Shown in pieces: positions 37,475 through 50,332 of a DNA stretch of 64,000 bases. Made by a program: the position numbers and the translations under genes. Position 1 is the stretch's first letter, and the number at the start of each line of letters is the position of its first letter. This DNA is from Eledone cirrhosa (Eukaryota): NCBI GenBank assembly GCA_964016885.1, contig OZ024742.1, forward strand, positions 306,032,001 through 306,096,000, written 5' to 3'. The notes beneath the pieces were generated by a model, which saw nothing but the letters and a program-made list of their open reading frames with translations, was not told where the DNA came from and did not search any database.

Positions 37475-40400
37475 ATGGAAGCAGAGTCGCCTGCTCAACG
37501 ACCTCCGGTCGCTGGAAATGGATGTGTTTGCCGTAAGCGAGACCAGAATTTCCGACACGCGCACACTAGCCCCCATTTTCGACGACTATCAGATCTTCGC
37601 ATGTTAGCAGGCCGGGATTGGGGGTGGGTGGCAGTGGTGTTTAGGAAAGGACTGGATCTCGAGGTAAAGTCGATCTTCCGGGACCCGGACGGTAAGTTGG
37701 TAGTCTTGGATGTGAGCAGTAGCAAAGGTGGTGCCTTTAGACTGCTGGCCGTCTACGCCCCTACAGGGGGCGGACGACCTGACTTTTTTAGGCGCCTGGA
37801 GACCTTTCTGGGTACGTCTCGCCCTTTACTGTTAGCGGGGAACTGGAATGGCATCTTAGACGCACGCTGGGATTGTGTGGTAGTAGACGATAGGAGCGGG
37901 GCGTGCAAAAGCCTCAAGCACCTACTCAGCCAGTTCCAACTGTCTGACAGGTATCGACTAGATTTCCCCAATGTGCCAGTATGGAGATGGACCAACCGAA
38001 TGGGATCATCTAGATCGTATATAGACAGGATCTTCATTAGGAAAATAGATAGAAATAGTGTGGGCTGTCCACTTTTTCAAACGGTCGCCTAATCAGATCA
38101 CAAATTTGTGATCTGTACGGTCGACCTAAATAAAACGCGTAGGTTAGGACCGGGTTACTGGAAGCTGAACATGCCATTTCCGGCACGTAAGGCTTACAGG
38201 GACCGAGTCAACAATTTAGTTAAGCAAAAGTTGACAGGGGGGATCATCAACAACAGATGGTGGGTGGCTCTCAAAAGAGAGATTAGAGTAACTTCGATAG
38301 AATTCAGCAAAGAACTAGCGTTAGAGAAAAATAGAAAGGAGGGGGAGCTGGTAGATAAGTTAGACGAGGCTATTTGTAGTGGCATTGCAACTGACGTGCT
38401 AGCGGCGAGAATGGCATTAGACCATTTCTTCAATGCCAAACACGAAGGTTGCATTGTCAGAGCTAAGGCGCGTGCGCGTAGAAACGAGGGAACTAAAGCT
38501 GTTCGATGGGCCCGCGTGGCGGAGGCGCAGCGTGGTAATAAAACCACAATTCGGTCTTTGGCGGAAGGAGACGGACACGAGATAAGCGATTCCAAGCGGA
38601 TGTGTGAGGCCTTTCGCCAGCACTTTGCTCGGTTGTTCAGAGAGAGTGGCGAGTCAGAGACAGTAGCGGATTTCAGTCCCTACCTTGACGGCTTGCCGCG
38701 CATCTCGACGGTCGACGCTGAGCGCTGCGAAAGGGCGATTACTTCACCGAAATTCAGAACGCCCTTGTCGGCTGCATGAGGCGCAAGTCACCCGGTTTGG
38801 ATGGCCTGCCCCACGAGCTTTACGTAAATATGCCAGACTTGTTCTCCGAACTCCTCCAAGCACTCTACTGCAACTGGCAGCAGAATGGGAGTATTCCCAG
38901 TTCTGTGAGCAGGGGAGTGGTGACGCTGATAAGGAAAGACGAGAACAAGAGGGATACATTAGACAACTTCAGGCCCATAACTCTGCTCAACACGGAGTTT
39001 AAGATTTTGCCCAAGGTGTTAGCAAAGAGATTGGCGCTTGTCGTCGAGGATTTGGTTGGGGAGGCGCAAATTTGCGCAATCCCAGCCAGGTCCATACACG
39101 ACAATCTCCACCTCATGCGATACACCATAGAGAGGGTAGGGTGTAAACCTGGCTTCGGTGGGGCACTGATCAATTGAGATCAATCGAAAGCATTCGATAG
39201 CGTCGACCATCGGTATCTGGAGTTTGTCCTCAGAGCAGCTGGCTTCGGCCCTGTCTTTAGAAGCTGGATCGTTGCAATGCACAGCGACACATGCTCGGTG
39301 GTCAAGGTTAATGGCCACCTCTCGGAACCATTTCGGATCTCCCGATCGGTCCGTCAAGGGTGCCCTCTCTCTTCCCTTCTGTACGTATTGACTCTCGAGC
39401 CTTTACTGGGGAAGCTGGAGCTGTTGCAGGGCATCCCGCTCGAACCGGGACGTGGAAAGGCGGTGTTGGCTTGTGCGGACGACATCACCGTGATGGTGTC
39501 GAACACCTCAGAAATCGAGGTGGTCGGCACCTTATTGAAGGGATATGAAAGGTTGACAGGAGCCAAACTTAACCCGGAAAAGTCGGTGGGCTTGCAGCTC
39601 GAAACCTGGAGAGGCAAGCCCATGCCGTCCAACAGCGTCGTCGGGCGCTGGACGGACGGACCGGTAAAGTTTCTCGGGGTTTGGTTCGGACCAGACCTCC
39701 AGGTGGAAAAGAATTGGGACGAGGTAACGAGCAGAGTAGCCAGTCTCACCCAAAAATGGGCTGGGAGGAAGCTATCACTGAAAGGTCGCGCGGAGGTGGC
39801 GAATGCGTACATCGCGTCCGTCATCTACTACCGTTTGACCGTCGTGCCTTGCCCCCGTCCGCGCCTCGTCAAGCTGGAATGGCTCCTCTTCAAATTCTTG
39901 TGGAGGGGACAAGTTCCGTAGTGAGGCGGTCCATCTGCTGCCAGCACCCTCTACGCGGAGGGCTGGGCATGCCGTGGCTAATGATGCGCAGACATGCGTT
40001 GAGGCTGCGACATTTCAAGATATTCTGCCTCAACGGTGAACAGATGTGGTCACCGTTTATCAGACGGGCCTTTCCGCAGCTCATCTCTTTGACTGAGCTG
40101 CAGTCCTGGGTCAAGAAGAGACCGAGACTGGGTGACTGGCACCTGGAATGTTGCCAGGCACTGACTGCCCTCTACCAAGCGGGCAATGCGATCAGTGGAA
40201 CTTCCACTCTCGAGTTCTATAGAGGATTAGTGGTGGGCAAGTGCGATGACGCACTCGGAGAAGCTTTGGGCCTCGACGAAGTCGAACTGACCAGTCTGTA
40301 CCGGAGGACTTTTGAGCCGGGGACGATGGACAATTTCCAGAAATCCCTCGCTTGGCAGTGCTACTGGGGGGAACTGCCGGTTCGGGATAAACTCTCCAGG

Positions 40401-41130
40401 CACGGAAGTGCTGTCAGACGGACCTGCCCAAGAAACCGTTCTGCACGCACTTGTCCAATGTCCGTGCATTACTGAATTGTGGAGTTATGTCGAACCGCTA
40501 CTGTCGTGTGTGGAACGAATCCGGCTATAGGCCGAGTCCATAGTGAAGATCGAGCCACCGCTTCCTTAGGTCAGGAAGAGCAGGAAATGTTCCTCTGTCT
40601 GGTGGCAGTTGCGAAAGAGATTATATGGTGGACCAGGTTGATAGGACTAAAGACAGACACTTTTCTCTTCGGCCAATCCCTCATCAACTTCTTCAAGTTT
40701 CACCTGGAAAGGAAGGTGAGGGTGGAGAGAGAAGTGATGCCCCCCCCCCCCCCAGTACATTTTCTAAAAGGTGGGTGAATGTGGCGAGAATGGCTCGTGT
40801 GAATGGGCCTACTCTGACCATGCGCCTATAGGCTGGCTAACTTGAGGAGAGGGGTGCTCTCGCTGGGTGCCCTAGAAGCGCAGGGTGGTACAGAAATGGT
40901 GGGGTACCTGAAGCACCCCAGGATCGTACACCCCCCTATCGGGGTATTTATTTTGTTATATTTATGCATAGTTTATTTTATATTTTTATATTTTATATTG
41001 TTAAATTAGTCTTGCCATTGTGCACTTTTACTCCATCTTATTGTAAACCCCCACTGTTCCTGTCTTTGTATTGTCCCCTACATGTTGGCCCTGGTGGCTA
41101 ATAAATGAAATCATTATTATTATTATTATT
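37475..41130 (+). mobile_element. Tx1-clade element, divergent family B, 5'-truncated near the start of ORF2
   Basis: APE/RT/zf remnants 37475-40831 (LAGNWN, PGYWKLN, KSPGLDG, SVRQGCPLS, CADD, GGLG); distinct 3'UTR; AATAAA at 41100-41105; (ATT)6 tail. Confidence 0.93.
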
Positions 41131-42107
41131 CCAACTCTTCCTCGACGGTGATCAGGTGTGGTCGCAATTTGCTGGACGCGTCTTTCCCCCAAGCTCGTTT
41201 CCTTGACGGAGCTGCAGTCCTGGGTCAAGCGAAGACCGAGAGGGAGCGCTTGGAGACTGGAATGTCTTCAAGCGTTCACAGCCCTCGACCAATCGGGCAA
41301 TGTGATCGGTGGAAACTCCACCTTGGCGTTCTATAGAGGATTAGTGGAAGGTAAGAGCGACGACGTACTTGGGGAAACTCTAGGCGTCGACGAAAATCAA
41401 CTAGCCAATCTCTTCGGAAGAATTTTCGGGCCGGGGCCTATGGACAACTTCCAGAAATCCCTGGCCTGGCAGTGCTACCGAGGAGCTTTGCCAGTTCGGG
41501 ATAAACTCTACAGGCATGGAGGTGCCGTCATCCTGGCATGTCCCAGATGCGCGCAGTGCGACGAAACCGTCCTGCACGCACTCGTCCAGTGTCCGAGCAT
41601 TGCTGACTTGTGGGTTTATGTCGAACACCTGCTGTCGCGTGTGGGACGGATCCAGCTATCAGCTGAGTCCATCGTGAGGATTGCCCCGCCCCCTTCCTTT
41701 AGCCGGGAAGGGCAGGCAGTTTTTATCTGTCTGGTGGCCATGGCGAAAGAGATAGTATGGTGGACACGGTTGAAAGGGCTGAAGACGAGCACTTACCTCT
41801 TCGGTGATGCCCTGTTTAACTTTTTCAAATTTCATTTGAAAAGGAAAATCAGGGTAGAGAGGGAAGTGCTCTCTTCCCAGCATTTTGTTGAAAGATGGGT
41901 GAGAGAAGCAAGTATGGCTCGAATGAATGGGCCTTCTCTGAGTATGTGTCTGTAAATTAACGGTGGGGAATTTTTTCATTGTTCTATTATTACATCCTCT
42001 GTTTCTTGTTTTTTTTACACGCAGAAATGCCCATTTGTGCGGCCCTGTATTGTCCTGTACTGTCCTTAATGTCTACTTTATGTAAACCCTTGTGGTTAAT
42101 AAAGAAA

Positions 42108-42148
<41 letters not shown>
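41131..42148 (+). mobile_element. Tx1 family A, 5'-truncated ~1-kb copy (zf-RVT C-terminus + 3'UTR with ~95-bp deletion)
   Basis: Matches from 46988 onward; CPRCAQCDETVLHALVQC; (ATT)13 tail at 42110-42148. Confidence 0.93.
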
Positions 42149-42357
42149 GGCGACCTACGTAGTAAATCGTATCATCGTGAGCTCCGCAAAGGTTTGTTAT
42201 TTCCGTTTGTTAAAAATTGCCGTTTATGGAAAATTTTTATTGTTAACCATATATAAGCGCACATACATTGTTTTCCGAAAAGGACACCCAAAAAGATTGG
42301 GGCCTTGTGCCCAAAATTTTAACTTTTATTATTATCAAAAAATTTCTTTGTAAAAAA

Positions 42358-44355
42358 ATGGCTAATTCACCTCTGCAGCAAGCAGCTGAAAGCCTTTCTC
42401 ACAAATTAACACCTCACACCGACACCACCATTGTAAATGTTACTACGTTGCCAACACTAAAAAAAATATAAGCAATAGCAATATTTTAAATTTGTCTCAG
42501 GCAGACATTCATTTCCGGCCATTACCAATGACTGCAGGTGTTAAAGCCTCCACCACCACCACCACCGCGACAAGCCCCACCCCCACCACCACCGCGACAA
42601 CAGAAACAAAAGAAGAAAAAAATAAATTAACTCGTGATGTCGAAATGAAATCAAGCAAAATGGACTCTTCCCCACCAAAGACGACTGACGTCACCACCAC
42701 CACAACTGAAACTAAAATTAATATTAACACAAATAACGATAGCAACAACAACAACAATGACATTATAAAAACCACCCTCAGTTTCGCCAGAGTAGCAAAA
42801 CAGTTCGAAGCATTTACGGTAACTCAGGAGGATTTAGAAAATGCCAAACAAATGGTAAAGAAAGATGGGTACAGGGTCAGCCTCACCCCCCCCCCCACCT
42901 AATAAAATGGACCATCGGCACCTATGCACCGTGTCGTATCGAACAATAAATGTAAAATCGCGCCGAGTGGAACGGGCATCCGAGTCCCAAATCCAAAAAG
43001 CTTTGGGACATGTGTGGGCAAGAAAAACCCACATCAGACGTGGGCAGAAGTATGGAACTGTGGACGTGTTCTTTGAAACACCAGAGGAGGCTAGAGAACA
43101 CTCCATGGCCCCATTAAGATGTGACGACTTCACATTTGTCCCAAGCTATTGTGGCCAGAGACTCGTAAAGATCAGGGTGACCCACGTTCCACCGGCCATC
43201 GAAATTCCCTGGCTAATAGCGGCCGTCCTCGCTGGCATCGAAGCCAACACAAAAATAATAGCAATAGCAAAAGAAAAGCAGGAGTACTGGTCCGGATCTG
43301 GGATGGAGCTCCTGATCCAAGCGGACCAAAAAAGCATTGAGAAGATCCCAGAGGTAATAGACCTCACTGACGACAGCCACCTCACGGTAATTGTCGAGGG
43401 CAGAAGACCTAGGTGTGTCGTTTGTGGTGAAGGAACCCACCTAAGGGTTTTCTGCCCTCAGGCTAAAAGTTTGAGGCCACCTCTCCTACCCACCCCAGTG
43501 ATACAACCATCAACACCACCAGTAGCAGAGATGGCAGCAACAACTGTAGCAGCAACAACAGAAGCAACTATAACAGCAACAACCCCAGCAACAGTAGCAA
43601 AACCAACACCACTACCACCACCAGCAAAACCAACACCACCACCACCCAACGCTTCAGAACTAGCACCAGCGCCTACACCATCCACCACACCACAACCAAA
43701 ACTAACGGCTGTGGAGGATTTTCCACTCCCCGGCCTATCACAACTGGAGACAGATTGTGACGACGAGGAGTGGGAAACGATATCCGGAAAAAAAAAAAGA
43801 AACCAAAAAAGAAAAAATTCTCTTCCTTCCCCCTCCAAAAACAAAATACAGAGGGAAACAAATAAACTAAGAAACAAAAAAGTTAGGACAGATATGCCAC
43901 CATCCACACCAGCATCACCAACCCCATCAACCCAAACACCAACACCATCACCATCATTAACTCCAACACCACCATCACCTACACCACAAAAGTCACCAAA
44001 ATGCGAAATAGAAACAAACCCACAACGAACGCAAACAAAACAAAACAACCAAAACGATACACACTACACAGCATTAAATTTGAACAACAAGCAATTATTA
44101 CACTACATCCAACACAACACCAGCATCACAGAAAAAGACTACACAACAACCCCAAAATTCACACCACATCCACACATACAAATCACTCGCATCACACAGA
44201 AAACGTACATGACACTAAAACAAAAATTCCCCAAAGACATCGGAGACTTCCGACAAGCACTCTCCAGGAGGATTTATAAGGACATCCTTCCTGAGGAGGC
44301 CACAAGCAGTGAAAAGGATGGAAAAGCCGTCCTTCCCCTACGAGAAGTAAGGTAA
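42358..44355 (+). CDS. Tx1 ORF1 nucleic-acid-binding protein (RRM-like domain, CCHC zinc knuckle, P/T-rich linker); frame breaks at ~42449 and in the C11 run at ~42886-42896
   Basis: MANSPL start; CVVCGEGTHLRVFC = CX2CX4HX4C; 496-aa open segment 42865-44355. Confidence 0.85.
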
Positions 44356-44389
44356 GTGGTCTTTCCCATCTTTTCCACTCCTTTTCAAC

Positions 44390-47300
44390 ATGACCTCACT
44401 CAGAATAGGCAGCATAAATGCGCGTGGCTTGGGGTCGTCATGGAAGCAGGGCCACCTGCTCAACGACCTCAGGTCACTAAACATAGATGTAGTAGCCATC
44501 AGCGAGACCAGAATCTCCGAAGCACAGGCTTTCGCACCGATCTTCGGCGGCTACGATGTGTACGCATCTCCCAGCCGTCCGGGATCGGGGGGAGGAGTTG
44601 CTGTGCTTTTTCGGAGAGGTTTGCATCTTGCCATACGGGCCATCTTCCTGGACCCAGAAGGTAAGTTGGTGGTGCTGGACGTGACCAGCGGAGACGGGCA
44701 AGCTTTCAGGTTAGTGGCCGTCTATGCCCCGACAGGAACAGGGCGGCCTGATTTCTTCCGGCGTCTGGAGACCTTTCTTGGAGCGTCCCGCTCTTTAGTG
44801 TTAGTGGGCGACTGGAACGGGATCTTAGATGCACGCTGGGATTGTGTGGGATTAGTGGATAGGGAAGGAGGGTGCAAGAGTCTCACCAACCTGCTCAGAC
44901 GTTTTGAACTGTCTGACAGGTACCGAATGGATTTCCCGAATTTACCAATGTGGACTTGGACAAATCGCATAGGGTCATCCAGATCATATCTAGATAGAGT
45001 ATTTTGTAGGGAAATAGATAGTTCTAGCATAGGCTGTCCACAATTCAAGATAGTCAGCTACACGGACCACAAATTCGTGATCTGTGTGCTTGACTTAGAT
45101 AGGCTTCATAGACGAGGACCCGGCTACTGGAAGCTAAACGCGTCCTTACCAGCGCGCAAGGCCTACAGAGACCGGATTAGCGAACTAGTTAAGCGGGCGT
45201 TGACGGGGGCCATCGTCAACAACAAGTGGTGGTTTGCTCTGAAAAGAGCAATTAGAATAGAGTCCATTAGGTTTAGTAAGACATTAGCAATAGAGAAAAA
45301 TAGAGCAGAGGGAGAATTAGTTAGAAAATTAGATGAGGCGCTTAGCAAAGGCATCGCGACCGACGTACTTGCGGCGAAATTGGCCCTTGACCAATTCTTC
45401 AATGCAAAGCACGAAGGCTGCGTTGTCAGAGCTAGGGTGCGTGCTCTCAGACACGAGGGGACGAAAGCCGTTCAATGGGCCCGAGTGGCGGAGGCGCGTC
45501 GTGGCAACAAAGCCACGATCCGGTCTTTGGTGGACCACGACGGGCGCATGCTACTCGATCCAGGGCAAATGTGTGAAGCTTTTCAGCGACACTTCGCTCA
45601 ACTGTTCGGGGGCAGTGGCGGGCCGGATCGAGGGATGGACTTTAGTGTCTACCTCGACGGACTGCGGCGGCTTTCGGCCACTGAGCCGGAGTGTTGCGAA
45701 AAGCCGATAACAACCGCTGAAGTACGGGATGCAATGACTAGTTGCACAAGGGGTAAATCGCCTGGTTTGGATGGTCTGCCCTATCAACTTTACGTACAAA
45801 TGCCAAACTTGTTCGGAGGCCTCTTGGCGGACGTCTACTGCAACTGGCAACAGAACGGGAGAATTCCCAGCTCTGTGAGCCGAGGAGCGGTGGCGCTGCT
45901 GAGAAAGGATCCGAATAAGGGGGATAAGATAGATAATTTTAGGCCCATAACTATGCTAAACACAGAGTTCAAGATTTTGGCCAAGGTGCTAGCAAAGAGG
46001 TTGGCGCTTGTCGTTGGTGGTCTGGTGGGAGAGGCACAGACATGCGCCATTCCCGACAGATCCATCCACGACAACCTCCACCTCATGCGATACATCGTAG
46101 AGAGGGTAACTAGGGAACCTGGCACGGGTGGTTCTTTGATCAATTTAGATCAGTCGAAAGCCTTCGATAGGGTCGACCATCGTTACCTAACGGCAGTCCT
46201 GAGGGCGGCTGGCTTTGGGCCCGTCTTCAGAGGCTGGATCGCTGCCATGCACAGCGACATCTGCTCTGTAGTGAGAGTGAACGGTCACCTTTCGGAACCG
46301 TTCAACATCATGCGCTCGGTCCGCCAAGGATGTCCCCTCTCGTCCCTATTGTACGTATTGACTCTCGAGCCATTACTGCACAAACTGGAGACGTTGAGGG
46401 GGGGTCCCGCGCGAACTAGGATGCGGAAGATCCGTGTCAGCATATGCCGACGATGTCACCGTAGTGGTGTCGAACGCCAAACACATCGAAGCGATCGGCA
46501 CTACACTAAGAGAATACGAAGCGGTGACAGGAGCAATGATCAACCAGGAAAAGTCAGTGGGCCTGCAGCTCGGCACCTGGAGAGGCAGGTCCATGCCGTC
46601 CAACAGCGTCGTCGGGCGCTGGACGGACGGACCGGTTAAATTGCTAGGGATCGGGTTCGGTCCAAACCTCCAGACAGACAAAAACTGGGACGAGGTGACG
46701 AGCAGGGTGGCTTCCCTCACCCAGAAATGGGCCGATAGGAAGCTATCCCTGAAAGGTCGAGCGGAGGTGGCGAATGCGTACATCGCATCCGTCATCTACT
46801 ACCGCGTGACCATCGTACCTTGTCCTAAGCCCCGCCTGACTGCGCTGGAGCGTTTACTCTTTCGCTTCTTGTGGAAGGGACGCGCTCCGATGGTAAGGCG
46901 GTCCATCTGCTGTCAACACCCGCTACGTGGAGGGCTGGGCATGCCGTGGCTGATGATGCGCAGACACGCGCTCAGGCTACGACATCTCCACCTCTTCCTC
47001 GACGGTGATCAGGTGTGGTCGCCGTTTGCAAGACGCGTTTTCCCCCAGCTCGTCTCCTTGACGGAGCTGCAGTCCTGGGTCAAGCGAAGACCGAGAGGGA
47101 GCGCTTGGAGACTGGAATGTCTTCAGGCGCTCACAGCCCTCGACCAATCGGGCAATGTGATCGGTGGAAACTCCACCTTGGCGTTCTATAGGGGATTAGT
47201 GGAGGGGAAGAGCGACGACGTACTTGGAGAAACTCTAGGCGTCGACGAAAATCAACTAGCCAATCTCTTCGGAAGGACTTTCGGGCCGGGGCCTATGGAC

Positions 47301-47810
47301 AACTTCCAGAAATCCCTGGCCTGGCAGTGCTACCGAGGAGCTTTGCCAGTTCGGGATAAACTCTACAGGCATGGAGGTGCCGTCAAACGGGCATGTCCGA
47401 GATGCGCGCAGGGCGACGAAACCATCCTGCACGCACTCGTCCAGTGTCCGAGCATTGCTGACTTGTGGGTTTATGTCGAACACCTGCTGTCACGTGTAGG
47501 ACGGATCCAGCTATCAGCTGAGTCCATCGTGAGGATTGCCCCGCCCCCTTCCTTTAGCCTGGAAGGGCAGGCAGTTTTTATCTGTCTGGTGGCCATGGCG
47601 AAAGAGATAGTATGGTGGACACGTTTGAAAGGGCTGAAGACGAGCACTTACCTCTTCGGTGATGCCCTGATTAACTTTTTCAAATTTCATTTGAAAAGGA
47701 AAATCAGGGTAGAGAGGGGAGTGCTCTCTTCCCAGCATTTTGTTGAAAGATGGGTGAGAGAAGCAAGTATGGCCTGAATGAATGGGCCTTCTCTGAGTAT
47801 GTGTCTGTAA
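44390..47810 (+). CDS. Tx1 ORF2: AP endonuclease, reverse transcriptase, zf-RVT; one frameshift in a G run (~46400) and a late CGA>TGA stop (47775)
   Basis: 749-aa and 447-aa ORFs with VGDWN, TDH, PGYWKLN, KSPGLDG, LDQSKAFDRVDH, RQGCPLS, YADD, GGLG, CPRC...H...C. Confidence 0.95.
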
Positions 47811-48052
47811 ATTAAAGGTGGAAAACTGGGAGAGGGCTCTTGCCCTGGTGGTCATGGCCACTGTGGTCTTCTAATGGGCTTTCTCCACAAATGTCCCTTG
47901 GAAGTCTCCCCCCTATTGGGGAATTTTTCTTTGTTATTTTATTTCAACCTCTGTTTTTTTACACGCAGAAATGCCCATTTGTACCGTCCTGTATTGTCCT
48001 GTACTGTCCTTAATGTCTACTTTATGTGAACCCTTGTGGTTAATAAAGAAAA

Positions 48053-48089
<37 letters not shown>

Positions 48090-48297
48090 GGCGACCTAGG
48101 TAGTAAATCGTATCATCGTGAGATCCGCAAAGATTTGTTATTTCCGTTTGTTAAAAATTGCCATTTATGGACATTTTTTTTGTGAACCATATATAAGCGC
48201 ACATACATTGTTTTCCGAAAAGGATACCCAAAAAGATTGGGGCCTTGTGCCCCAAATTTTAACTTTTATTATTATCAAAAAATTTCTTTGTAAAAAA

Positions 48298-50298
48298 ATG
48301 GCTAATTCACCTCTGCACCAAGCAGCTGAAAGCCTTTCTCACAAATTAACACCTCACACCGACACCACCATTGTAAATTTTACTACGTTTGCCAACACTA
48401 AAAAAAATATAAGCAATAGCAATATTTTAAATTTGTCTCAGGCAGACATTCATTTCCCGCCATTACCAATGACTGCAGGTGTTAAAGCCTCTACCACCAC
48501 CACCACCACCGCGACAACCCCCACCCCCACCACCACCGCGACAACAGAAACAAAAGAAGAAAAAAATAAATTAACTCGTGATGTCGAAATGAAATCAAGC
48601 AAAATGGACTCTTCCCCACCAAAGACGACTGACGTCACCACCACCACAACTGAAACTAAAATTAATATTAACACAACTAACGATAGCAACAACAACAACA
48701 ATGACATTATAAAAACCATCCTCAGTTTCGCCAGAGTAGCAAAACAGTTCGAAGCATTTACGGTAACTCAGGAGGATTTAGAAAATGCCAAACAAATGGT
48801 AAAGAAAGATGGGTACAGGGTCAGCCTCACCCCCCCCCCCACCTAATAAAATGGAGCATCGGCGCCTATGCACCGTGTCGTATCGAACAATAAATGTAAA
48901 ATCGCGCCGAGTGGAACGGGCATCCGAGTCCCAAATCCAAAAAGCTTTGGGACATGTGTGGGCAAGAAAAACCCACATCAGACGTGGGCAGAAGTATGGA
49001 ACTGTGGACGTGTTCTTTGAAACACCAGAGGAGGCTAGAGAACACTCCATGGCCCCATTAAGATGTGACGACTTCACATTTGTCCCAAGCTATTGTGGCC
49101 AGAGACTCGTAAAGATCAGGGTGACACACGTTCCACCGGCCATCGAAATTCCCTGGCTAATAGCGGCCGTCCTCGCTGGCATCGAAGCCAACACAAAAAT
49201 AATAGCAATAGCAAAAGAAAAGCAGGAGAACTGGTCCGGATCTGGGATGGAGCTCCTGATCCAAGCGGACCAAAAAAGCATTGAGAAGATCCCAGAGGTA
49301 ATAGACCTCACTGACGACAGCCACCTCACGGTAATTGTCGAGGGCAGAAGACCTAGGTGTGTCGTTTGTGGTGAAGGAACCCACCTAAGGGCTTTCTGCC
49401 CTCAGGCTAAAAGGTTGAGGCCACCTCTCCTACCCACCCCAGTTACACAACCATCAACACCACCAGTAGCAGAGATGGCAGCAATAACTGTAGCAGCAAC
49501 AACAGAAGCAACTATAACAGCAACAACCCCAGCAACAGTAGCAAAACCAACACCACCACCACCACCAGCAAAACCAACACCACCACCACCCAACGCTTCA
49601 GAACTAGCACCAGCGCCTACACCATCCACCACGCCACAACCAAAACTAACGCCTGTGGAGAATTTTCCACTCCCCAGCCTATCACAACTGGAGACAGATT
49701 GTGACGACGAGGAGTGGGAAACGATATCCGGAAAAAAAAAAGAAACCAAAAAAGAAAAAATTCTCTTCCTTCCCCCTCCAAAAACAAAATACAGAGGGAA
49801 ACAAATAAACTAATAAACAAGAAAGTTAGGACAGATATGCCACCATCCACACCAGCATCACCAACCCCATCAACCCAAACACCAACACCATCAACATCAT
49901 TAACCCCAACACAACCATCACCTAGACCACAAAAGTCACCAAAATGCGAAACAGAAACAAACCCACAACAAACGCAAACAAAACAAAACAACCAAAACGA
50001 TACACACTACACAGCATTAAATTTGAACAACAAGCAATTATTACACTACATCCAACACAACACCAGCATCACAGAAAAAGACTACACAACAACCCCAAAA
50101 TTCACACCATATCCACACATACAAATCACTCGCATCACACAGAAAACGTACATGACACTAAAACAACAAATCCCCAAAGACATCGGAGATTTCCGACAAG
50201 CCCTCTCCAGGAGGATTTATAAGGACATCCTTCCTGAGGAGGCCACAAGCAGTGAAAAGGATGGAAAAACCGTCCTTCCCCTACGAGAAGTAAGGTAA
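48298..50298 (+). pseudogene. Tx1 ORF1, frame breaks at the C11 run (~48830-48840) and an A run (~49735)
   Basis: Homologous to 42358-44355. Confidence 0.88.
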
Positions 50299-50332
50299 GT
50301 GGTCTTTCCCATCTTTTCCACTCCTTTTCAAC

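Larger units (their letters stand above)
42149..48089 (+). mobile_element. Tx1 family A full-length copy (5.9 kb), nearly intact
   Basis: 5' end GGCGACCTA directly after ATT; ORF1 and ORF2; AATAAA at 48042; (ATT)12 tail. Confidence 0.96.

Noticed and set aside
42149-42260. HDV-like ribozyme at the Tx1 5' end to process tandem transcripts
   Set aside because: Could not build a convincing P1/P2/P3 nested pseudoknot by eye.
43458-44048. Antisense ORFs within Tx1 copies (possible ORF0-like genes)
   Set aside because: Explained by C/A-rich sense-strand bias and codon shadowing; boundaries differ between copies and no motif is present.
44356-44664. 102-aa GTG-initiated ORF overlapping the ORF2 start in all three copies
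   Set aside because: The copies are too similar for shared openness to show selection; no recognisable domain and a non-ATG start.
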